Positions 39,872 through 55,457 of a stretch of DNA of 64,000 bases are shown piece after piece. Under the pieces are notes generated by a model. It did not search any database, was not told where the DNA came from, and saw only the letters and a program-made list of their open reading frames with translations. The stretch comes from Tilletiaria anomala UBC 951. Its lineage: Eukaryota. The stretch covers positions 62,001 through 126,000 of the forward strand of contig NW_013547013.1 in assembly GCF_000711695.1 (NCBI RefSeq), written 5' to 3'. Position numbers and translations under genes: made by a program. Numbering within the stretch: position 1 is the first letter of the stretch; every line of letters begins with the position of its first letter.

Positions 39872-42800
39872 TCACAGGCCCTGCGCGTGCGCCATGCGTC
39901 CACCACCAAGCTCGTTGGCGCGCACCTCTTCTTGTTGTCGCGCGACCTCTTCCCATCCTTTGCAGCGCGCGATGCGCAGCTCTTCGCTGCCCAAGATCCG
40001 CTTGAGCGCCTCGGTAGCAGCTGCAGAGGTGCTGTGCTCTGCGCTCGAGGAGGCTGGTGCAGCCGTCGTCAGCGCCTTTTTCACGTCCTGCGTGGCGATG
40101 CGTACGTATACAATGCGGTGACCGGTGAGCAGCTGCCTCTTGCCGCAGCGCTTGGCGGCTTGCGAGATGGACCTACCGCCTGCGCCAGTGCCGCGAGCAC
40201 CGACCGGACCGCTGAGCTCGACGAGGCCTTGCGTCTCCATCGATTCGAGCACGTCGAGCACCTCGGACGGCTCGAGCGCTGAGAAGGCGCCATCATGGTG
40301 GAGCATGCGCTCGTAATTCTCCTGCAATTCGATGACACTCACACCGCTGCTGCTGCGGGCGTTGGCGCTGCTGCACTCTGACAGGCCCGAATGCAGGCGC
40401 TGCAAGGCAATGTAGTGTGCAGCGAGCAAGAGCTTCGCGTGCAGCGGCAGCGTGCGGATCCTGTTGAGGCTCGTCGAGCCAATGACGGAGGAGAGCACCT
40501 TGAGCACGTGTTGCGGTGTTACCTTGGGCGCTGACAATGGCGTCCAGGCGGCGAGCAGACGCTGGGGACTGTCAGTTGGCACGTTGCTGCTGATGCCGTT
40601 GGTACCGTTTGCGGCGGCGCCAGAGCACTCTGCAGCGACTGCTTGTACGGCCTTGGCGCGCTGCTCCATCTCGACCAGCTCGATGGCTAGCCGGCAGACG
40701 TCGAGCGCTTTGCGGATGTCGCCTGTGACAGCAGCGACCTTCATCGCGGCAAGCTTGAGCGCCGCAGGCATCAGGATCGGGATGTCGTCGTTCGTAGCAG
40801 TGGCCGAGGCAGACGCAGACGTTGTGGCCGCCGCAGGATCGAGGGGGGACACACCAAAGGCTGAGTCCGCGTCCATGTCTATGTTCATCTGCTGTTGCAC
40901 GAAGCCGGGCAGGTAGTCGAGGTCATAGCGGGGATGCAGCGCCTCAAGACGGGCCTTGACGATCGCGATGATCTCGTCCGTTCCGAACGGCTGGAAGTTG
41001 ACTAGTGCGGGTGAGCGGCCTTGGCTCGCGAGGAGGGGCAGAAATTTGTCCGTTAGGTCGAGAGAGTTGGCGATTCCAATGATGGCGGTCGCGTTGCAGT
41101 TTCGCTGTTGCGATGTCACAGCGCCAGCGCTGGCGAGCATGAATATACGGTAGAGGATGCTCTGGTGGACACTGCTCTCCAACAGGCTGTCGATCTCATC
41201 AAGTACCACAATACTGCAGTTGCACAAAGTGTGTCATCGGCGAGTGATCAGTCAGCCATTGAATCTATATCGTCAGACCCTCAATGCAAGATATGCAACT
41301 CACGAATTAGTAGCAGGGCTCCGAAGCATAGCAGCAAGTCGCTGCTCCTCATCTCCGCTATCGGTTTCCTGCTGCTCCTGCTCTTGCTGCACGTCATCGC
41401 CGGCATCCTTGTCTTGCGTCTGACCGTGGCCGAGCGCAGCGAGGAGCTTGCGGAAGATATCTTTGGGCTGCGAAACGGCGACGCAGTTGATGTATGCAAC
41501 GTTGAGCCTCTTCTCGTCCTCGCCGCCATCGTTGACGCTCTTGAGCGAAGCGAGCATGTCCTTCAGCAGCGCCGTCTTGCCGGTTCCAGGCGTGCCGCAG
41601 ATGTACAGCGCGCCGTTGGCGTGTCGCTTCACCACAGCGACAGCCGTGTCGGCGGCCACCTTGTTGGATGCAGACAGAGCGGCGACACTCTGCGAGCACA
41701 CAGCCGGGGGTGCCGCAACGCCGGGTACTTGCAAGGTGGAAGTGTCCAGCTGCGGAAAACGGTCGGCGAGGAAAGCAGCGACTTGCGCTCGTTCACGCTG
41801 CCGCCCGACGATCTGCGTCGTCGCGCCCGTCTTGCCGAAGGGCAGCCTCGAACCCACGCAACCGCCAAAAGCATCCTGGTCCTGCGACAGCGCTTGTGCC
41901 TGTGGGAGCAGCGTCTCGTTCCCGTCCTGCATCGTAGCGTAGCGCAGCAGCGTGCGCGCATGTGCGTAGACGTTCGTGTGCTGTTTCGGCGCACAGACTA
42001 CGGCCGCGGCCGAGGCTGGCAGCGCCGATGATGTGTAGTCGTCACCTGATGCTGCTTGCTGGGTTCCGCCGCCAATGTGAAATCCATCGAGATCGACCGT
42101 CGTGCATGCGTCCATGTCGATGTCTGTGTCTGCATCCATGACGGACTCGTGTGCTTCGACGCCCACACCCATCTCGGCGCTCGAGATGGGAGAAGCCAGC
42201 ACATGCTGGTGGTGGTGATGATGATGGTGACGACGAGCAGGCGAGCTGGCAAGGCTGGACGGCGCCGTCATGAGCGTCGCGGCGCTACCGCGCGACAGCT
42301 GGCTCTCGAACAGCGAGCTGACGGACGTGATGGCGGAAGCTTGCGAGGAGAAGCAGCAGCAGCTGCTGCTCGCATCGTCATTGTCATTATCTTCGTCATT
42401 ATTATCATTGTTATTGTTGCAGACCATGTCGCCGTCGGAGGACGTGGCCATCGAGGCTGGCACGAGAGAGCTGGCACGAGAATGGAAGCCGAGGGGCGAC
42501 AGGGTGCTGACACGGCTCGTCTTGCTGCTTCTGCGCGTGCTGCCATTTGCGGTAACGCCAGCCGATCCGAGACGGCCACTGCTCCTCTTGCTGGCCTGCG
42601 GCGTGGCGAGGACGTTGGCACTCGAAGAGCAGGAGGAGGCGGAAGAGGACGAGGAAGGCGAGGACGTTGAAACAGAGCTGTTGTTAGAGATGGAGCGTGC
42701 CATTGCGACGCGCACACGCGAGCTAGGCGCCAAATTGACGCTGCCCGCGCCGTTGTCGGATGAACTGGCTTTGCTGCCGCTGCTCTCGGGCGCGTCGCGC

Positions 42801-43912
42801 CTGCGTTTACGCGTCGCCATCATTGCGGTGGTCGTGTCGGACGCCGATGAAGAAGAAGAAGACGACAAGACGGTATGGCGGAAGTTGATCGTCGGTGCCG
42901 AGGACGCCGCTGGGAGGAGAGAGAGGGAGGGGAGAGTGTGGGAGCGTTCAGCGATCCAAGTTGGTGACTTTTGCATCATCACTCGTATGCGATACTCACG
43001 AAGCTTGACTACTCTCCTTGTGCTACGCGTCGTCATTGTGGCCGTCGTGGACGTGGAGCAAGAAACGATGGAAGCGGTGTCGCTGAAGTCGTGATCACGA
43101 TCTGCCTCGTATTGCGACCGCGTCCGACGTGCGGTCAGCGAGGAAACGGTGCTCCGTGCATCATCGTCCTCGGGAGCATCCGTCATGTTAACTGTGATGG
43201 CGGTGCCGGTCGCGGCGGTGGAATGTGATTCACCGTCAAGCTGATGGTGATGCTGCTGCTGGCTGCTGCGCGTCCTGCGCGCAACGCCTTCAGCCTGCTG
43301 TGTGCTCGCCTCGCGTTCACGGTCAGAGCGGCTCAACGCGCGTCGCTGAGGTGCAATGTTCTCCTTGTTCGCCTCCCAGTCGTGGTGGTAGTGGTGGTGG
43401 CTGTGCTGCTTTTCGGCCTTGGGCTGCTGCAGGTTTGAGTTGTGCCGGTTGCTATCGTCGCCGGCTTCACCGGCGGAGGAGACGCCTATGCTACCCGCGT
43501 CGCTGTTTCGTACGCGGTCTGAGACTGCACGGGTTACTTGGCCATCCTTGTGCTCATCCACATCCTCGGGCTCAGAATCTTCGACAATCGGTGCGGTGAA
43601 CTTGCACGCGTACGAGAGTGCACTGGCTGAAGGAGCAATGGTGGGAGGGGAAGCGTGTTTCGAGGGCGTGTCAGAGCTGAGGGTGGCGCTTGCGGTGGTC
43701 GTAGCTGTGGTGGGCTTGCGGTGCATGGTTGCCGACGCGGGGGTGCCGCTCTTGAGTGCCTTGCCACTGCTGGCCCTGCTGCTGCCCCTCGTTTTCGTTG
43801 AAGCAGGAGAGGTGAAGGTCGCATGGTGGTCTGTTGCAGCCGCTGCTCCGCGCCGTCGAGGCGAGACGCGCTTGGCGGGCGCACCGGTACTCGCAGCGCG
43901 CGTGACGGGCAT
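39872..43912 (-). CDS. CDC6: Replication licensing AAA+ ATPase Cdc6/Cdc18 with long low-complexity N-terminus
   Basis: VGRQRER, Walker A LYICGTPGTGKT, YINC, Walker B IVVLDEID, IGIANSLDLTDKFLP and GDIRKALDVCR; winged-helix C-terminus. Confidence 0.9.
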
Positions 43913-44610
43913 GTTAGGCGGAAGGTATGGTGGTGAGTGCCTTGTGTGCGCGAGCGAGCGAGTGAGCCGAGCTGTACTGCCAGCCCCGAGCGTGATGCCG
44001 ACGTGGATGTTATTGTGAGAGGGAGGATGCCTATGGCAACGACGAAGAAGTTGACGATTCGAGTCTCTGCTGTGTCACGTCGCGTGACTGTGCTGCTTCG
44101 TGTCGCGCCTTGGCCGGCGCGTGGCGTGGCGCTTCGCGGCGTGTGAGACAAATGCCATTACGTAAGGGTCCTCGCTTGCATTCGACTTCATCGCGTCGGG
44201 ACGTGATCTTGCACAACCCTAATATTGCGACATGTGTGGGCATCCATTTATGTATGCGAACATGACCTTGGCTCGCAGACGCACTACAGGGACCCTAAAA
44301 TGAATGGAGAAATGAATGGATTGATAGTGGTCTGACACAACTGGATACCCTGATGATTACAGGCTCGCCCCCCCCTCCGGACCTAGGAGCACGTGCCACT
44401 GGGAATAACATGATGAAATGATGGTTGGCTTGAATGGAAGGGCCGTTAGGCCGTGAAAATTGAGTATTGAATGTGACGGGAATAGAGTGTATCGTTAGTA
44501 TTCGTCTAACACGGTGGATGACGGCGAATAAAACAGGAAAGAAGTGGGGTATCGTTTTCTGATGATGCATAGTTAACGGTTAATGGATGCTATGGAATGT
44601 CGCGTAACGC

Positions 44611-47600
44611 TCAGCTCCACCAGCCGCCGTCGTCCTGCTCGACCTGCTTCAGTGCCACCGTGCTCGTGAGCGACACGGTTTGGCTCATTCGCACCGGTGG
44701 AGCCTGTGTCGTCGAATGCGCTTGGTGCTGCTGTTTATTTTGACGTTGATACGCGTACGGCTGTTGGTGCTGAGACGACGAGTAATCCGCCTCGGACCCA
44801 TACGAGCCATTGGCACCGCCGTACTGGCTCATCGTGCCGGGGCCAGGGTAGTAGGCCACCTCCTCGCCCGAAGGCGACATGGCCATGCGAGGAGCATGCA
44901 TCGACGCCCACGTTCCGACGGCGCCCGAGTCTAGCCCGCATTTCATGGCCACCGTGCTTGCGTTGCCGCAATTGGTAAGAGGTCCGTTCGCACGTGCGGT
45001 CGCCGCGGCTACCATCGCCGCATTCTCGCGTTCGGCCAACTGGCCCTTCAGCCGGGCAATCTCTTCGCGACTAGTCGCCAGCTCGGCTTGCACGGCGTCC
45101 AGCTCATCACGTTCCACCAGCGTCTCCTTCATGTTGATCAGCTCCCGTTCAAACTCGAAGAACGATGCTTGCGATGCCGATACCTTCTCGCGCAGCTCCT
45201 ACACATTCCAGGCAAGGTAGAAACGTCAGCAACCGCAGTCCAGCACGCTTTACGATGTACAACTTTGCGACACGCACCATCTCCACTTCCTGAGCCACAC
45301 GCAACTTGTTGCTGAGAACATCCTGATCCACAAGCCTGGACTCCATATCTGCCAGGCGCGCCTGCGCGACGGCAAACTCCTGTGCCAGCGCCTCGAGCTC
45401 CTTGCCCTTCTTTTCGGCCTCTGACAGCTTCTGCTGGCTCTGCGCAGCTTTCTGCTTCTGCGTGGCAGTCAGTTGTTGCAGGTTCGCAATCTTGGCATCC
45501 TGGTCCGCGATGCGCTTCTCCAGCCCAGAGATCTCCCCCTCGGCTTTCGCCGCTCGCTCCAAGCTGCTCGCTGCATCCTCCTTAGCCTGGTGATCGGCTG
45601 CTGCAGACTGTTTTGCAAAGGCATCAGCTCGCCGCTGCGCCTCTTCAGCCACACTTTGAGCTCGTTCGAGTCTGGCCAGGAGCTCGGCCGTGGCTTGAGC
45701 CGAAGCCTCGCGTTCTCGCTGCCGTTCTTCGCGGTCGAAACGGATCTGCTCCAGCGCCTGATCCAATCGCTGATGAATAGCAGTATTGGACGACTGAGCG
45801 TTGGTCAGCGCGCTCTCAATGGAGTTTACCCGATGCAATGCCTCATCTGCACGCCGCTCAGCTGTATGTTGAGCCTCGAGAGCATCGCGGTGCCGTGAGC
45901 GCAAGTCGGTGATCTGCTCCGACGCCTCCACCGCTGCTTTCTCGCCTTCCTCCAAGCGACTTTCGAGGCGCGTGACCTCGTCTTTGAGGGTCGAGACGTA
46001 GTTGTTTGTCCCGTCCAATTCGACTCGTGCTTGCGTGGCTTCGTTCCGGTAATCAGCCGCTTGCGTCTGCGCGTCATCAAGCTTGCTGCGGAGTGCGCTG
46101 CGCTCCTCTTTGAGACTGCTGATGCGGACCTGAGACACGTCATTCTGCTCTGAAATCTCCTTCAAGCGCTCAAGGATTGTCCTCTGCACTTCTTGCGCTT
46201 GCTGAGCAGCAGACAAGAACACCTCCGTCTTCGCATTGATCGTACTCGGCAACACAGAAAGCGTGTTCTCCATCTCTCCCTGCCGAGTCAACACCTGATT
46301 GCTGAGCATCTTCACATCCTCTTGCTTTGAGAGAAGGGGCTCTATGAGTGCAACGACTGGATCCAGGTTCAACGCATGTTCGCGAAGTTCCTGCCCAATC
46401 AACTGCTGTACGTCTGCCAGTGTGGAAGCGGTGTCAGCCGAGGCGGGCGTCTGACTTGCTTGTAGGTGCGGACGAATGTACTCGACGACCGCTTCAGCAA
46501 GCTTTTCTGGCACATCGCTACGCTGACCATCTAGCAGAGGAATAAGATTGCTGGTGATTCTTGCGGCCAGCACATCCGGATCCAGAGCTTCTTGTCGGAG
46601 TGATTCGAGGTGCGGTGTGATGGCGTTGACTAAGGACATTTCGACCTGATCCGCAATGGCAGTCTTGGCCTCGTGCAAGGCGGTGCTGAGGTTGTTCATC
46701 TGCGATGGGAGCTCGTTGACGAGCTCGTCGAGGGCTTGCCTTGCAGGAACAAAGTCACTGAGCTCGTTCCTGATGCGCTTCTCGCTCTCTTCGACAGCTT
46801 TCAGAAGCTCCGGAGGCGGCTCGTGCACTGCCGACAGCAGGACAGCTTGGACATTGTCCAAGGCGCTTCTCACGCGGAAACCAAGGGTATCTGCGAGTCT
46901 TCCAATGGCTTCTGCTGACATCTCAGGTGCCTTGGCGGCTGACGCATCTGCAGCCTCTTTGCTTGCATTTTCAAAGAAGCAGCTGCGAATGACGCCTTCG
47001 ACGTCTTTTTGAAGTCCGGTAATCTTCGAGTCCAAGATATCTTGCACGTAGTCAAAGTCGAATTCACCCAGTGCATCCAAGGGCCCATGCCCACGGCCTT
47101 TTCCTTCTTCAGTCACCTTAAGTGTCATTTGGCTGTCGTTCGCAAGATTCACCTCTGATGACGACATCGTCGGCGAGCGGGTTGCACTGATTAGGTCCTT
47201 CATACGTGCAAATAATGTGTCGAGCGTGCCAGACACCCTTGCGTCGACCTCAGACAACAGTGCATCGCGTTCGGTCTGCGGCAGAGTGACTGTGGCTGGT
47301 GCAGCGCTAGGCTCGGCGAGAAAAGGGGGCGCAGGTCCAGAGGCGGACGAGCTGTTCTGGACTTGCTGCAAGATTCTCCCAGCCCAGACCTCCAGGCTCT
47401 GATCCAAGCGTTGACCGAGCTCCTCGATGATATCCTGCAACTCTTCTTCATCGTCCGCCTTGGGCGTCTTATTTGCATCGCCATTGATGTCCGAGAGGGA
47501 GATGCTAGCATCGCGCGGATGATGGGCCTTCTTATGCGCGTCATTCGCACAAAGCTCCGGCTCTGCTACCGCCATCGTTTCGCTTTCCCCGAAAATGGAA

Positions 47601-50600
47601 GAAAGACCGGACTTGGGCCCGGTGGGTTTGTGCCCAGCACAGAAAGTGAAATCGAAGGAAGGGGACGCAGAGTTGGCAGCGCTTCCAAATGCAGGAATGC
47701 GTGGACACTCGGAAGCGCCAGCATTCTGGGTAGTGGTGACATCGTGGGTATCATCTGGGCGGCGAATGGAGATCGGCTTGCTGACGGGTTGGGAGAGGAA
47801 GCTAGGAGGAACCTTAGACTGGATATACGGCGCTGTTGCGTCTACAGGCGGCCCATTGAGAAGCTGCGCAACTGTGGCGCCATTCGCATGTCCCCAAGTC
47901 GGGATAAATATTGGCGCATTTGGTCCGAACCCTGTATCGGGTTCAGGAGCGGTGTGCGGGACATCTTGGGCTGGCGTATCAGCGAAGTCGTCCAGAGGGC
48001 CACGTACGCCGCTGAAGCGTTGGCGTTTCTCTCGCCCGTGGTCGCCGCGCGGGTCCTTGGCAGGTGCAAATGGCGGGGCAGTGGTTGGCATGGGTGGTAG
48101 CTTCGGTGCGCCGCCCGGAGCTTGGAAGGTGAATGCGCCAGGCGTGAATGCGGGAGCTTTCGCACTGAGCGACTTGCGCTCAGTGTTCCTCTCGCTGCCG
48201 CCAAATGCAGAGCCGCCAAAGCTGGAATGCCGGATGCTTGGCAGTCGGAAGTGCCCTGAGCTGGGACCAGCGGCTGCCTGCGTTAAGTTGGACGAAGCCG
48301 TCTGCACCGCAGACTGACCAGAAACGCTGAAGGCGCACGCTTGTATACTAGGGTCAAGGGAAGCCATGAGGTTTGTGGGATCACAGGACGGCCCGGATGC
48401 CGATGAAAGCGTAACATTTGCCGGTTGAACCCGGCTCTTCTGGTCGTCTGACTCGCCAAACGTGCCGTATTCCAGGTTGTCTTCGTCTGAAGGATTGGAA
48501 ATGACATCCTCAACATCCTTACGATGCGCCGCCTCCCCATCCTCAGGACTGCCTTCACCTTCCCCGATACTGCTGCTCGGGAGCGTACCGCTGGTGAAAG
48601 CACGGCGCCGCCGTTTCGCATGACCTTCGATGCCGTTCACCTGCGGCTGCTGCAAGCGGTCCTGCCGCGCAGCGTCCTCATCAGACGGGTTGCTGAATTG
48701 CTCGTCGAGGTCCTTGTGGCTGTAATCTGGGTATAGTTCGACGTCCTGCGGTAAGGTCCCGAATGCCGACAGCCTAGTGTTGTGCTTCCGAACAGAGTCG
48801 TACGATCTTTTGCCTTCTCCGTCTTCTACGTCCTCTTCGTTCTCATCCATATCCGACGTGTCCGCATCCTCAGAAGGATTCGTTCGCAGATCGTCATCAA
48901 TGGCTAGCGATTCATCGTGGCCATCCAGCTGCTTGATTTGAACGCTGTCTTCCGCTCCTGCGGCCGCTTCGGTATGTTCCTCTCCCTCCTCTCCTTCTTC
49001 CTCCTCGTCAATGTCGTACCCGAAGCCTTGTGAAAGCAACTTCCAAGCGGGTGTAACCTGGCTAGGTGAAGCAACGTCGCCGACCGATTTGCCCCTCGCA
49101 ATAGACGGCCGCGGCCCAAGCGCCGGTGCGTCGTCTCCGGCATCCGACGCAGCCTTGTCGGATCCGGCCTTGAGCCCAAGGGCGGACAGCACCGCCGGAC
49201 CGAACGGACCACCTGAGGAGGGCAGGCCGAGCGACATGGTGTGGCTGTGTGCACCACTGCCACCGCCACCACGCTTGCTGATCTGCGTCAGAGCTGCATC
49301 GCGTAGTCGGGGAGGCAAGACGCCGCTGATGCGTCTGAAGAGTCCTTGCGTGGCGGGGTCCTTCACCTCTTCAGGCAATGGTGCATTGGGATCATGGTGC
49401 TCTGGCCCAGATAGCCCGTCAGCCTGCGACTGCAGGAACTTTTGCATCTTGAAAAACACCATGGTCTTATCACCGGCTTCAACCTAGTGCAACAAGGATA
49501 ATTTGTCAGATATTCGCGAAAATAAAGAAAAGAGAGTCACAACGGCTTGACTCACAGGCTGTGTCTCATCCCAAGCTGCATCGTCGTCATCGGGATCACC
49601 AAAGTCCTCACCGCCTACCACGTCGTTTGCATGTGACGGTCCAGACTCTTCTTGATTTTCCCTCTCTGCCGCAATCTCCTCCCTGCGAATCTCGATGTAC
49701 TCCAACCAAGCGGGCTGCCCAGGAAGGTAGATATCGATTGTGTCTGGCAAGCCGAGCTCTTTGAACGGCCAGGGCTCAGGGTAGATTTCGCAAGAAGCCA
49801 TGCTGTCCGAAGGTAGGTGAGGCGGCTCGGGCATCAGCTTGAAAGCGAGCGGGATGCGACGGACCCATAGCGAGCGTGTGCGGCTGATCGCTTGAAGGGC
49901 CGTCAAGCGTGCACGGCGCTCGGCCCGAGCTGCCACTGCGCTCGACTGTGTTTCCCCCGCGCCTTTAACCTCCCGCTTGTTCTCCTCGGTGGCTGCATCG
50001 TTGCCCTCTTCGTCAGCTTCACATTCAGCCTGAAGCTCTTTGATCTCATCCAGCTTGGCTGCATCTGCCTCACTGCACTCCAAGGGTACAGCGACGATGT
50101 TCTTCCGCTTCGGCTTGCCCGGCGCCGCTGCGGTGCTTGGGGTCCCTGAACTTGCGGTTCCTGCAGAGAGCATCGCTGCGAACGCTGCTGGGTTGAGCTG
50201 CACGCTTGGCGTGCTGTTGTGTCCGCTCGTCTTGAGAGGTGTATGCACTGGAGGGCCACCCCTCCCGCGCCGAGCCAAGCCGCCTCCTCTCACCGGCGCA
50301 TCTGCACGTGAAATGAAGCCAAATGGGCTATGCTCGGGATCATTCACTGGCGATGGAAATCCCGGACCCTTGAATACTGGAGCAGCGAGCGTTACGGAGC
50401 CTATATGAAGGCCGTTCGCTTGTGCACCCGCAGTGGGATGGGAGAGACTGCTACCATTTGGGCTGACGGGTATAATGCCCGCATCAGGATAGGCGAAGGA
50501 GCCGCGAATGGACGCGCCGGGTATGAAGTAGCCGCTTGGCGAGACGGAGCCATTCGCCTGCCCCGGGGCAAAGGGTACAGCGTCCGCATGCAATCCTAAA

Positions 50601-51185
50601 GGTGTGAGGGAACGCTGAGGGGAAGTGTTTGGCATTGGCATACTTCCAAAAGCAGGCGCGCTCATGGGTGAGTGCGAGAGTTGCCTGGCCATCTGGGTAA
50701 GCCAAGCAGTGTAACGAATGTCAGCATTGGGAAAACGCAAGTCAGGTAGCATTGTGCTAGAGAGCCGACTCTCACATGACCAGGAGCCAAGAACATCCCA
50801 TTGTGCACCGCATACTGAGCCTGCTGTTCTCCAAATCCGTGCGGGGCTAAGGCTCCACCAGGCTGACCCGCCGCATCGAAGTCACTCCGTGGGGTGCCAC
50901 CTCCAGGTGTGAATGGAGTAGCGAACGGCCTCAGAGATGGCGCAGATCCTGGGGCGCCTCCGAAGGACGAAGTGCGCTGCATCTGTGGCCCACCGTATGG
51001 ACTGCTACCTTGACCGGTGAAGCTGTTGGAGCGTTGGGCAGGTTGCGAGGTCGGGGAGGGTCCGCCAGCGCTGCCTGGAGCGTTGCCAGGGATCTGTAGA
51101 GATATTCAAGCCTTGTTAGTGGTATGCATTCGCTGGGTTTCATGAACGGAAAACTCACGGCCAAATGAAACGCAAGCTGAGCCAT
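44611..51185 (-). CDS. upa2: Multi-PAM2 coiled-coil protein with C-terminal GWW (Upa2-like endosomal mRNA transport factor); about 2100 aa, 5' end uncertain
   Basis: PAM2-like motifs LRPFATPFTP, LHADAVPFAP, LSAKAPAFTP and FGPNAPIFIP; long C-terminal coiled coil; ends DDGGWWS*. This is the architecture described for Ustilago maydis Upa2. Confidence 0.85.
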
Positions 51186-52683
51186 TTCGCCCTCAATAGC
51201 TCGGAGGCGTCGGCTTCAAAGGGAGGGGTTGACGCCGCGCACAACACGAAGCAGGTGCAAACTGCTGCAATCCTCAGGGCGGGAAGCCCTGCTGATGGTG
51301 TTGAATTGGCCACACTACGAGCGAGGTACTGGAACCCTTGCTGAGCTGCGGCGCTTATGCAATGCTACTGTCGCGAACGGCTCAGACGCCTTGGACGAGT
51401 GACATGTCGCGCGGATGCGCCGAAAAACTCAATGTGGATCTTCCAGCGGTAGCACTGGCAGCAGTTAAGTCAGTGAGCCAGGTTTAGATCGCACAATGTA
51501 GGCTGCCGCAGCCTGCTAACAAGCCTCTGACAATTTCACGCCGACGACCTCGAAGCTACCAGAAGACCATCGCTGAGGGCGCTTTGCAGACTAGCACGCG
51601 GAGAGGACGAGGGAAGGAGGTTGCTGAAGATGCGGTCCTTTGATGTCTAGGGCTCTTTGGGAAATGGGCTACTTAGGCACTCAGAGCATTGATCCAACTT
51701 TCGTGCGCTGCAGTGCCGATTGGTGGGTTAGGCTTTAGCCTGCTGTGGCGCCCTTTGTCTTCTGTCGTGTGTGTGGGCCTGGTCACGCTCCACCAAACGG
51801 GCGGAAAGCCCACATTCATATAGCTCACGGCTCACGTTGCGGCGCACGGCAGGCCTTCAGTCCTCAGAGCTTCAGCATGCAATGGGGCAACGCATCGTGT
51901 TGCTAAGACGCCCGAGCATCCAAGTCCCTCGACCATTGCTTGACTGCGCGCAGAATCCTTTTCCGTAGAGCGGTATATATGTGGTCCGGCGACCGGTCAG
52001 CTGGCAGCGTCGCAGCAGATAATAGGGAATGGAGTGGCTGGCCGAGTGCCGATGCGGCAAAGGAGGTCAAAGTGTGTAGACCAGCATAATATAGAAGGTA
52101 GTAGCGAGCAAATACAGGAGCAGGCACGAACAGTGAGAAGGAAGGTATGAGATAGATGAGGGGATGATGAGAATATGAGCTCTTGTTGCAATGGTGCACG
52201 GAGTGGTATTTACACTTGGGCTACACAGTGGGCCGACTATAGCTGTAAAATTACAGGCGCATGGAAAGGCGAAGAAAACAAGACAAAAAGCGAGATCGTG
52301 TCTCTCTCTACGATGTGCGTTCCCCTCATCAGTCCGGATCGCCTTTGCCCGCAAGTCGTCGCGTTGGTTTGCGCCGAGTCCACAGGGGATGGCGCAACAT
52401 CTGTGCTGGCAGGAGCGGGCACATATGTGATGGTTGTGAAATGGCCGTGGATTGAAATACGAGGCTAACTTGTGAGGCAGCGGTCGTCTCCGTCCGGCCA
52501 TGATGAAAGGAGGGGGTCAATTGGGGCCAGGCTGCACAATACATCTAAGGTGTCCGGGTTTTGTGACCAGGTGGGGTCGGGTGCGAGGAGCGAGGCGGAA
52601 GATGGGTATCGTCGTTGATGGTTTCAGTGGTCCGTGCGTGCATGTACGCGATCAGGCGGCCTGAGCAGCGAAAGACGCAGCGC

Positions 52684-55457
<2,774 letters not shown>

